From the NCBI GenBank assembly GCA_964510165.1, contig CAZEBC010000025.1, positions 1 through 16,812 of the forward strand: a stretch of DNA of 16,812 nt. Reading direction: 5' to 3'. The notes under the pieces were generated by a model. The model ran no database searches. It had not been told where the DNA came from and saw only the letters and a list, made by a program, of their open reading frames with translations. Below, piece by piece: positions 8,075-15,417 of this stretch. Numbering within the stretch: the stretch's first letter is position 1; every line of letters starts with the position of its first letter. The position numbers and the translations under genes are program-made. Source of the DNA: an uncultured bacterium (lineage in GTDB: Bacteria; Abyssobacteria; SURF-5).

Positions 8075-9484
8075 ATGGCCCAAGAGAATCAAACACCCCA
8101 GGAATCAACACCCCGATTCACGTTGTTTGATGATGCAAGGAGAAAGATGGCGCAAAAAGAGTTGGACATCAGATTCTTCCCTCTCATCTTTGACACAATC
8201 TCCCACGGTATCTTCACCATTGACTCCGGAGGCCGAATCACCTCGTTCAACCGCATGGCCGAGAAGCTGACCGGTTACACGAGGGAGGAGGCCATCGGCA
8301 AGCAGTGCCACGAAATCTTCAGGGCCGACTTCTGCGAAGTGGAGTGTCCGCTGAAGCGAAGCATCAAGACGCGCGAGCGCAGCGAGGCGGTGGAAGTCAA
8401 CATCATGACGAAGGACGGCAGGCGTTTGCCGATCGCGATTTCGACGTCCGCGCTCGTGGACAAGGAAGGGCGCGTGCTCGGCGGCGTGGAGATGTTCCGC
8501 GACCTTTCGACCGTCACCGAACTTCGCAAGCGACTGGCCGGCACGTACGTCTTCGAGGATATCGTGAGCAAGAGCCCCTCGATGCGGAAGATTTTCGAGG
8601 TGATCCCGCTGGTTGCCAATAGCCAGAGCAACGTGCTCATCGAGGGCGACTCGGGCACGGGCAAGGAACTGGTTGCCCGCGCGATCCACAATATCAGCCT
8701 GCGCCGGCACAAGCCGTTCGTGGCCGTCAACTGTGCGGCGCTGCCCGACCAGTTGCTCGAGTCCGAGCTTTTCGGCTATAAGAAGGGCGCGTTTACGGAC
8801 GCGAAGAAAGACAAGCCGGGCCGCTTCGCGATGGCGGAGGGCGGCACGATCCTGCTGGATGAGATCGGCGACATCTCTTCGGCAATGCAGGTGAAACTTT
8901 TGCGCGTGCTCGAGACCAAGGAATACACACCGCTCGGCTCGAATCAGCCGGTCAAGGCCGACGTGCGCGTGATCGCGAGCACCAACCGGAACCTGGTGCG
9001 CGAGGTGCAGCGCAAGCGGTTCCGCTCGGACCTTTACTTCCGGCTCAACGTGGTCCGCATACAATTGCCGCCGCTGTCGGAGAGGCGCGAGGACATTCCT
9101 CTGCTCGTCAACCACTTCATCGAGCGATTCAACGCGCTGCAGGGGCGGCGCATCGCGAGGTGTTCGGAGCGCGTGATGGCCGCGCTGATGGGGTATCCGT
9201 TCCCCGGCAACGTGCGCGAGCTTGAGAACGCGATCGAGCACGCATTCGTCATCTGCATCGGCGACACGATTCAACTCGAGGACCTGCCGAGCCACATCGT
9301 GGCGTCGGTGACCGACTCGTCCGCAAAGACGAAGGCGCGGATGCTGCCGCTCGATAACGCCGAGGCCGAGACCATCCGCTCGACCTTGAGCAAGCATTTC
9401 GGCAACCGCAACCGCACCGCCGCCGAACTCGGCGTCTCGCGCAATACGCTGTGGCGCAAGATGAAGCGGTACGGCTTAATATAA
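8075..9484 (+). CDS. PAS-domain sigma54-dependent transcriptional activator (PAS-AAA+-Fis HTH)
   Basis: GDSGTGKE Walker A, ESELFG, GAFTDA loop, LLDEIGD Walker B, FRSDLYFRLNV, FPGNVRELEN, C-terminal LGVSRNTLWRKMK HTH. Confidence 0.96.
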   Translation: MAQENQTPQESTPRFTLFDDARRKMAQKELDIRFFPLIFDTISHGIFTIDSGGRITSFNRMAEKLTGYTREEAIGKQCHEIFRADFCEVECPLKRSIKTRERSEAVEVNIMTKDGRRLPIAISTSALVDKEGRVLGGVEMFRDLSTVTELRKRLAGTYVFEDIVSKSPSMRKIFEVIPLVANSQSNVLIEGDSGTGKELVARAIHNISLRRHKPFVAVNCAALPDQLLESELFGYKKGAFTDAKKDKPGRFAMAEGGTILLDEIGDISSAMQVKLLRVLETKEYTPLGSNQPVKADVRVIASTNRNLVREVQRKRFRSDLYFRLNVVRIQLPPLSERREDIPLLVNHFIERFNALQGRRIARCSERVMAALMGYPFPGNVRELENAIEHAFVICIGDTIQLEDLPSHIVASVTDSSAKTKARMLPLDNAEAETIRSTLSKHFGNRNRTAAELGVSRNTLWRKMKRYGLI

Positions 9485-9584
9485 AGGGGGAAAAGGGGAA
9501 AGGGAAAAAGGGGACGTGTTACGTATTTCGTGTTGTGTGTTGCGTGTGGACCCTGAACCCTAAACCCTGAACGCTAAACGTTCT
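9485..9584. repeat. Three abutting heptamer tandem-repeat tracts
   Basis: (AAAGGGG)-like x~4, then CGTGTTA CGTATTT CGTGTTG TGTGTTG CGTGTGG (9515-9549), then ACCCTGA ACCCTAA ACCCTGA ACGCTAA ACGTTCT (9550-9584). Confidence 0.8.
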
Positions 9585-9585
9585 C

Positions 9586-10002
9586 ATGCCTGACTTCAGC
9601 GTAACACCCCCAAAGCAGAAGGCCCTCGAGGATAAGATGGAGCGCCTTGGCATCTTTGAGAAGGACCTGGTCGAGAAGTTCATCCGTTCAGGCGGCCCCG
9701 GCGGGCAGAACGTCAACAAGACCGCGACCGCCGTGTATCTCAAGCATATCCCGACCGGCATTGAGGTCAAGGTGCAGCGTGAGCGCTCGCAGGCACTCAA
9801 CCGGTTCCTCGCGCGGCGGCTCTTGGCCGACAAGATCGAGGCGATGCAAACCCGCGAGAAGACCGACGAGCAGCAGCGCATCGAGAAAATCCGCCGCCAG
9901 AAACGAAAACGCTCGAAGCGCGCGAAAGAGAAAATCCGCCGCCACAAGAAGCTCCAATCCGAGAAGAAGCAACTCCGCTCTGCCGTCGAGCCGGAGGGAT
10001 GA
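9586..10002 (+). CDS. arfB: ArfB/YaeJ-like GGQ peptidyl-tRNA hydrolase (RF-1 domain ribosome rescue factor)
   Basis: FIRSGGPGGQNVNK, HIPTGI, RSQALNR and a highly basic C-terminal tail; 138 aa. Confidence 0.85.
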   Translation: MPDFSVTPPKQKALEDKMERLGIFEKDLVEKFIRSGGPGGQNVNKTATAVYLKHIPTGIEVKVQRERSQALNRFLARRLLADKIEAMQTREKTDEQQRIEKIRRQKRKRSKRAKEKIRRHKKLQSEKKQLRSAVEPEG

Positions 10003-10093
10003 AACCGGTGGAGCCGGGAGGAAAGGTCTTCTTCACCACCAAGGAAACCAAGAATCACCAATATTTGGTGGGCATTCGATTTGGTGGTATCTG

Positions 10094-10122
10094 TTGCCAA
10101 AATGCACACAATGTGATACAAT
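10094..10122 (+). promoter_or_regulatory. Sigma70 promoter of brnT operon, probably giving a leaderless mRNA
   Basis: TTGCCA-17-TACAAT with TG extension; ATG begins 7 nt after the -10 box; CACAATGTG near-palindrome in the spacer. Confidence 0.65.
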
Positions 10123-10128
10123 CCAAGA

Positions 10129-10413
10129 ATGAAGAGGCTTAACTGGAATACGGAGAAAAGCCTGCTGCTCAAGGCGAAGCGGGGAATCGGCTTTGAGGAA
10201 GTGGTTTTCCACATTGCAGGGGGTGACATACTGGATGACTATGAGCATCCAAACCAACAGAAATACGCTGGCCAACGGATAGTCGTGGTTGGCATCAACA
10301 ACCGCGCCTATCTCGTGCCCTATGTCGAGAACAAGGACGAAGTGTTTCTAAAGACAATCATCCCGAGCAGGAAGGCGACTGAAAAATATTTTGGAGAAAG
10401 ACATGAAAACTAG
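10129..10413 (+). CDS. brnT: BrnT-family (DUF497-like) toxin
   Basis: WNTEKSLLLKAKRGIGFEEV, HPNQQKY, LKTIIPSRKAT motifs; overlaps the downstream antitoxin gene. Confidence 0.85.
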   Translation: MKRLNWNTEKSLLLKAKRGIGFEEVVFHIAGGDILDDYEHPNQQKYAGQRIVVVGINNRAYLVPYVENKDEVFLKTIIPSRKATEKYFGERHEN

Positions 10414-10681
10414 ACTGACAAAAGAAGAGGAGGAAATCCTTGAGAGCTTTGAGAAAGGCGAATGGATTCCCGCGAAGAACCTTTCGAGCAGGAAGAAACA
10501 TCTGATGAAGTACGCGCGGGACACGTTGAGAAAGGACAAGAGGCTCAACATCCGGATTTCCGAACGAGACCTTCTCGAGTTGAAGAAGATGGCGGTGAGG
10601 GAAGGATTGCCGTATCAGACGTTTGTGTCCAGCATACTTCATAAGTTCGTGAACGGGAGACTGGTCGAGCAAAAGAAATAG
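10403..10681 (+). CDS. BrnA/CopG-like RHH antitoxin
   Basis: EEEEILESFEKGEW N-terminus and RLNIRIS...EGLPYQTFVSSILHKF RHH region; GGAG RBS before ATG 10403. Confidence 0.85.
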   Translation: MKTRLTKEEEEILESFEKGEWIPAKNLSSRKKHLMKYARDTLRKDKRLNIRISERDLLELKKMAVREGLPYQTFVSSILHKFVNGRLVEQKK

Positions 10682-10697
10682 CGTCCTGCTGCCGTCC

Positions 10698-10926
10698 AAA
10701 ACTGTGGGTTGAAGCTAAAACACATCTTCCCAAACTCCTCGAACGGGTGGCAAGAGGGGAGCGAATAACGATTACCAAACACAGCGTTCCCGTGGCCACC
10801 CTGCAACCCGCAGACTCCGCGAAGAAGCCCGCGCGCGAAACTATCGCGCAGTTGAAGCGGTTTCGCGCCGGGCGCCGGCGTGGCGGCCTGTCGATACAGA
10901 GCATGATCAAAGAGGGAAGACGGTGA
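10698..10926 (+). pseudogene. Phd/YefM-family antitoxin, start lost and frameshifted
   Basis: KTVG in one frame, then EAKTHLPKLLERVARGERITITKHSVPVA...MIKEGRR* in another; no ATG or RBS; TGATG overlap with vapC. Confidence 0.8.
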
Positions 10927-11270
10927 TGTCCACACGATTCGTCGTCGATAATTCGGTCGTGATGGCGTGGTGTTTCGAGGATGAACCAGCCGGTTACGCC
11001 GAGGCCGTGCTCGAAACGCTCGAGACCTGCGAAGCGGTTGTGCCCGCAATATGGCCGCTGGAGGTCGGCAATGTTCTGCTGGCGGCGGAACGGAAGAAAC
11101 GGTTGAGCGAGGCCGATGTTTTCCGCTTTCTCGCGCTGCTATCCGACCTGCCGATTACGGTGGAACAGGAATTCCCGTAAAGAACGCTCAAAGAGATCGT
11201 TGCGCTCGCGCGGGAACAACAGCTTGCGACCTATGACGCTTCCTATCTGGACCTCGCGATGCGGTCGGGA
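10926..11270 (+). pseudogene. vapC: VapC/PIN toxin with in-frame nonsense codon and truncated C-terminus
   Basis: FVVDNSVVMAW, VPAIWPLEVGNVL. TAA at 11178-11180 is followed in frame by RTLKEIVALAREQQLATYDASYLDLAMRSG; the final PIN strand (LPxATxD) is missing. Confidence 0.85.
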
Positions 11271-11494
11271 GCAGTAGTGAAGATAACCAACACAATAACT
11301 GGATCGGTGGAAGAGTCTGCCGCCGTTTCTACGGATCCCGGGAAGACGGGCAACACGTTCAGATATGATCCCGCGGCTCAGCAATACATCTACAACTGGT
11401 CCACGAAGGGACTTACTGCAGGCACATATCAGCTTCGCATCAGCCTTGATGATGGGACTACGCACAAGTGAATTTGTCTCTGCGGACAAAATAA
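11271..11494 (+). pseudogene. C-terminal fragment of a PxKF-domain-like secreted/surface protein
   Basis: FRYDPAAQQYIYNWSTKGLTAGTYQLRISLDDGTTH followed, after a frameshift, by VNLSLRTK*. No N-terminus. Confidence 0.6.
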
Positions 11495-11759
11495 CAAGTC
11501 TTCGAATATTGGGGGCGAGGAGTCGTCCATGGTGGCGGCTTCTCTCTTTTCCGAGGGAATCCATCGCGAGTTCAGGAAAGAAGCACTCATTTTGTTGAAA
11601 GTTTGACTCATTCATGTGCTCCCAATAAGCGAAGGTGTCGCCGGAACTCTTCACTTATCCCCATCTGCGCAAGAGTCAAGATTCCGTTTTCAACTCAATT
11701 TCAAGGTCTGAGGTCTTTATCCCCATTGCCCACTCCGTCGCGATTTTCAGTGGCTTCAC

Positions 11760-11783
11760 GGGCGCAATGAATTGCGCCCCTAC
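11760..11783 (-). repeat. GTAG-type REP-like palindrome
   Basis: Minus strand GTAG-GGGCGCAATTCATTGCGCCC. Confidence 0.75.
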
Positions 11784-11871
11784 AAGGATTCTTGATTGCG
11801 GCCGTGGCCGCGCTGTGTCCTCCGCGTCTCGGCGGTTAAATCCCGCTTGGGTTCCCACATTGGTTTTGGAT

Positions 11872-11930
11872 TTGACGCTTTGACGTTATGATGTTATAAT
11901 GTCATAGTGAGAGAAGGGAGATGACATTAT
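11872..11930 (+). promoter_or_regulatory. Sigma70 promoter with operator repeats for the RHH/RelE operon
   Basis: TTGACG-17-TATAAT; four 8-bp tandem units (11873-11904); perfect inverted repeat ATAATGTCAT (11896) / ATGACATTAT (11921). Confidence 0.8.
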
Positions 11931-12162
11931 GGCGACTGAGAGCAAACGCGCTACCGTTTACTTCGATCCCGATTTGCACAAGGCGTTGCGGCTGAAATCG
12001 GTCGAGACCTCCCGGTCGGTGTCTGACCTCGTGAACGAGGCCGTCCGAGAAGCGCTGCTGGAAGACGCGGAGGACCTTGCCGCCTTTGAGGAAAGGGCCG
12101 GCGAGCCCCTGATCAGTTACGAGGAAGCGTTGAAGAGGCTGAGAAAAGATGGCCGCCTATAG
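11929..12162 (+). CDS. CopG/RHH-family antitoxin
   Basis: KRATVYFDPDLHKALRLKS...SVSDLVNEAV RHH fold and acidic C-terminus; overlaps relE. Confidence 0.88.
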   Translation: MATESKRATVYFDPDLHKALRLKSVETSRSVSDLVNEAVREALLEDAEDLAAFEERAGEPLISYEEALKRLRKDGRL

Positions 12163-12406
12163 GCTCTTCTTCAAGAAGTCAGTGCTGAAAGACCTGAGCG
12201 CGATTCCGAAGAGGGACCTAAAGAGAATCCTCAGCCGAATCGAGGCCCTCGCCGAAGAACCTCGCCCCGCTGGATGCGAAAAACTCTCAGGACATGAAAA
12301 GTATCGGCTGCGCCAGGGAAGATACCGTATCTTGTATTCCATTCAGGACGATGAACTGACGGTGTGGATGGTGAGGGTCGCACACCGGAAGGACGTCCAT
12401 CGCTGA
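12149..12406 (+). CDS. relE: RelE/ParE-family toxin
   Basis: YRLFFKKSVLKDL, PRPAGCEKLSG, YRLRQGRYRILY, VAHRKDVHR. Confidence 0.92.
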   Translation: MAAYRLFFKKSVLKDLSAIPKRDLKRILSRIEALAEEPRPAGCEKLSGHEKYRLRQGRYRILYSIQDDELTVWMVRVAHRKDVHR

Positions 12407-12604
12407 TACATGCACAGTCCGGCAGCGGTGAGAAGAGCTATCCACTAAGCGCACGAAACACCAATTTTCCCCTGTTCTGATCGGATTATATGATTCCCTT
12501 TCCCGTCCTGCATCGCGCTTCACATCGAAACCGTTCAGCGCTTTTCTTTCTTGCCCGAATCAGGCGGACTGCCGAACAGTTGCGCCGTGACGGAATTCAA
12601 GACT

Positions 12605-13876
12605 TCACGATGAGCGATGCAGGGTTTCGGGGATTTTTCGGATGAGGAAGAGTCCCGCCAGAAGGAAGACCACGATGATGGAGAAGAGGATGTTGTATCC
12701 TGTTCCCGAGGCTGCGCCGAAGCCGTCAACTATGGGGCCGAGCGTGAGCGGAGTGACCACCCAGGGAATGAGCATCGTGTATTGCATGAGGCCGATGTAC
12801 TTGCTGGCCTCTTCGGCGGGGATCATGTCGGACACCAGAGTCCAGTACATGCTCAGGTAGGCGCCGTTGCCGAGGCCGAACAGCAGGCCGCTCAGATACA
12901 GGGTCGCGTAGCCGCGCGGGGCCAGCAGGAAGTTGACCATACAGGCAAGCTGCAAGAGGCACGCGACCAGGAAAACGCGCCTGCGCCCGAAGCGGTCTGC
13001 GAGAAACCCCGCCGCCAGAGACGAAGGGATGCCCGCCCCCATCGCGATGAGGACGGTTTTTCCGAAGGTGACGTTGAAGTTTTCGCGGTCGATCTGGTCC
13101 TTGACGAAGTAAAGCAGGAAGCACGTCATCGCAACGACCCCCATATACGTGAGTATGTTGCAGGCGGCGAGCCATCCGAGGCCGCGTGTCTTCTCAAGCC
13201 TGGGAAGGTAAACCTCCCTCCATGAGGGAAGGCTCCGGCTGGACTCGCGCTCGGAGGGCTTCTCACGAATCCTGAGGGCGACCCAGAGATTGGCCAGGAT
13301 ATTTGCGGTTATGGCTATCAATGCGAGCAGAAACATGCGAGTTCCGATGAGCCGGGACGCGACCGCGTGAGCGAGCATGATTCCAAGAGTATTGGTGAGA
13401 TTGCTCAGGCCGGAGATGCGGCCGCGTCGCTCCAGCGGAACCAGGTCGCGGATAAGCGCGCGGTTGGGAAACCAGAGCGCGAGCGCCCCGTGCATCAATA
13501 CCACCAGGCTCAGGAGAAGAATGTAGGCGTGACAGCGAGTGACCAGGAGAAGCAATATGCTCATGATGAGGGCCGCCGTGAGAAAGAAGGGGCGGCGCCT
13601 TCCGAATCGAGAGGTCGCCCCGTCGCTCAGCGCGCCGAACAGGGGAATCAGGATTATCACAAAGAGATTCGAAAGGCTTGTGATGAGTCCGAGGCGCGCG
13701 TTCTTGACGGAATCGTCCACCATCGTGAGAAGGGCGTTCGGGACCATGTAGGACGTTGCGGTCGTCCAGCAAAACGCCCAGCCGAGGTAGTTGACGCTCA
13801 ACTGCATCAGGTACGGCCACGTCTCGGGCTTTGGGGGAGATGCGCTGGTTGTTGTCTGCTGTATGGTCAGGGACAT
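12605..13876 (-). CDS. MFS transporter (12 TM; sugar/glycoside-cation symporter-like)
   Basis: GALSDGATSRFGRRRPF and GFLADRFGRRR loop motifs, about 12 hydrophobic helices. Start uncertain (ATG 13876 chosen). Confidence 0.88.
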   Translation of the reverse strand: MSLTIQQTTTSASPPKPETWPYLMQLSVNYLGWAFCWTTATSYMVPNALLTMVDDSVKNARLGLITSLSNLFVIILIPLFGALSDGATSRFGRRRPFFLTAALIMSILLLLVTRCHAYILLLSLVVLMHGALALWFPNRALIRDLVPLERRGRISGLSNLTNTLGIMLAHAVASRLIGTRMFLLALIAITANILANLWVALRIREKPSERESSRSLPSWREVYLPRLEKTRGLGWLAACNILTYMGVVAMTCFLLYFVKDQIDRENFNVTFGKTVLIAMGAGIPSSLAAGFLADRFGRRRVFLVACLLQLACMVNFLLAPRGYATLYLSGLLFGLGNGAYLSMYWTLVSDMIPAEEASKYIGLMQYTMLIPWVVTPLTLGPIVDGFGAASGTGYNILFSIIVVFLLAGLFLIRKIPETLHRSS

Positions 13877-13975
13877 GTTGAGGTACCGCTTGCTGTTGCT
13901 CTTGCTGCCTACATGGCGTCCATTATAAACCGATTTCGCATGTTTGTTCCAGAGAGCGTTGATTGTCATAGGAAC

Positions 13976-13999
13976 CGTGCAAATGAATTTGCACGTACA
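13976..13999. repeat. REP-like palindrome with AATGAATT core
   Basis: CGTGCAAATGAATTTGCACG followed by TACA. Confidence 0.6.
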
Positions 14000-14182
14000 G
14001 CCCTTCGTTCCATGTTTTCATGGTGAGAGATGCAGGAAATTTCTTGCGGTTGTGCACGTAGAGCCTTGCATTTGACCTGGGGTTACGGGCCTTGTCGAAA
14101 GGCCGGAACGGCGGGCTCTGGTATTCATAACATTTGTTTGTACAACAGGTTAGCCGCACTTCTCTCCTTCCGCGTTCGTTCA

Positions 14183-14198
14183 TGGCATGGTTCTTGTT
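14183..14198 (+). promoter_or_regulatory. Possible sigma54 promoter
   Basis: TGGCATGGTTCTTGTT has a good -24 element, but -12 reads GT instead of GC. IHF-like CAACAGGTTA at about 14143 and palindrome GCAGGAAATTTCTTGC at 14032-14047. Confidence 0.45.
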
Positions 14199-14243
14199 CT
14201 CCTTTTGAATAACAGCGGGACTGATATGAATGGAGGGGTAGCC

Positions 14244-14480
14244 ATGAGCGACAAGACAAAGAACACCCTGAAAAAGATATCGGTCGGCACGGCGCTTGGA
14301 GCGCCGGTAGGTTTCGCGATTTTCACCAATGGGAGTTTAGCGATGGACCCGAGTTCGGCCTTTGCCTTTACCGTGGGAGTGAGCCTGTTCTGCATGTTTA
14401 TCATAATGGGCGCGGCTCTCATGGGAGCGTACAGGTTCCTGAGAAACGTGGGCCTGTTCAAGGGGCATTACTACTACTAG
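14244..14480 (+). CDS. Small hypothetical membrane protein (78 aa, about 2 TM)
   Basis: Strong GGAGG RBS before ATG 14244; two hydrophobic segments. Confidence 0.65.
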   Translation: MSDKTKNTLKKISVGTALGAPVGFAIFTNGSLAMDPSSAFAFTVGVSLFCMFIIMGAALMGAYRFLRNVGLFKGHYYY

Positions 14481-14492
14481 TTTGACGTCGTC

Positions 14493-14551
14493 CGGGCGTG
14501 CGAATGAATTCGCGTCCGCAACATGGATTTCCGCTTTGACGGGAATGACGG
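14493..14551. repeat. Two adjacent REP-like elements
   Basis: GCGAATGAATTCGC palindrome (14500-14513), then TGGATTTCCGCTTTGACGGGAATGACG, a degenerate CGTC-type REP resembling GTCATTCCCGCGAAGGCGGGAATCCA. Confidence 0.65.
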
Positions 14552-14601
14552 ATGTCGGCGACTCTGCGATATGTGCAAGAATTTGTGACTCTGAGCACAA
14601 C

Positions 14602-15417
14602 ATGACGACTGTATCCACAATGCCGAAGAAACCGCTCGCGCCCGCATTCAGCCTCATTCGCGGGCCAGTCGGGTGCCTGCTTGTGCATGGCTTTGGCGAT
14701 ACCGCCGCCCTGATGGAGCCGATGGGCGCCCATCTCGGCGCGCGGGGCATCAGCACGAAGGGCATCACGCTGCCCGGCCATGGCACGACGCTCGATGACT
14801 TCGCGGAGACATCCAACCCCAAGTTGATCGCGAAGGTGGAGATGGAATACGCGAAGCTCAAGCAGGAGTACGAATCGGTCGTGGTAGTCGGTTTCAGCAT
14901 GGGCGGACTGCTCGCACTCCAGCTCGGAACGATGCGGGAAGTGGATGGAATAGTGGCCATCTGCGCGCCTGTGTATCCGCGCGGTGGAGAAGCGGGCGAG
15001 AAGTTGCTCAAAGTAGTTGCCCGTGTCGGCTCGGTCTTTGGGGCAAACATTCCGAAGCTGGGGATGACGAGCCTGACCGATAAGACGCTGTCTGAATATA
15101 TGGTGGGTTACAAGGCGTATCCCTCGCAGAGCGTGCTCCGGCTTGTGGAACTGATGCAGCTCACCCGCGCGGTCATTGGTCGGGTGGCTTCCCCGATACT
15201 CGTCGTGCAATCGCGGCGGGACGACGTTATTTGGAGAGACAGCGGCAAAGTGATTTACGACTCGGTCAAGAGCAAAGAGAAACGGCTCATATACCTCGAG
15301 AACAGCAGGCACAAGGCGCCGATCGACCGGGATCGCCATATCCTGTTCGAGGAAGTCAGCAAGTTCTGCCTGTCCCGCGCCACGCAGCCTATGTCTTCCG
15401 CCCCCAAGAGGAGATGA
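14602..15417 (+). CDS. Alpha/beta hydrolase, carboxylesterase/monoacylglycerol lipase (YvaK/Est30-like)
   Basis: LLVHGF, LPGHGT, GFSMGG nucleophile elbow, Asp in RRDDVI, His in NSRHKAP. Start is 14602 or 14620. Confidence 0.9.
   Translation: MTTVSTMPKKPLAPAFSLIRGPVGCLLVHGFGDTAALMEPMGAHLGARGISTKGITLPGHGTTLDDFAETSNPKLIAKVEMEYAKLKQEYESVVVVGFSMGGLLALQLGTMREVDGIVAICAPVYPRGGEAGEKLLKVVARVGSVFGANIPKLGMTSLTDKTLSEYMVGYKAYPSQSVLRLVELMQLTRAVIGRVASPILVVQSRRDDVIWRDSGKVIYDSVKSKEKRLIYLENSRHKAPIDRDRHILFEEVSKFCLSRATQPMSSAPKRR

Noticed and set aside
9550-9577. CCCTAAA/CCCTGAA resembles plant telomere repeats
   Set aside because: Only about four degenerate units inside clearly bacterial sequence; treated as a heptamer repeat.
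11178-11180. Possible stop-codon readthrough or recoding in vapC
   Set aside because: The codon is TAA (not Sec TGA or Pyl TAG), and both the partner antitoxin and the C-terminus are also broken, so decay is the simpler explanation.
11259-11471. 70-aa ORF as an independent gene
   Set aside because: Its ATG is an internal vapC Met codon and it encodes only a domain fragment.
11495-11760. Possible small ORFs or ncRNA in the gap before the REP
   Set aside because: No recognisable protein motif, RNA family or convincing promoter.
15231-15413. N-terminal extensions from the ORF track (also 589-645, 13877-13969, 14482-14601)
   Set aside because: They overlap other genes or REP elements; downstream starts fit family N-termini, RBS positions or coupling better.
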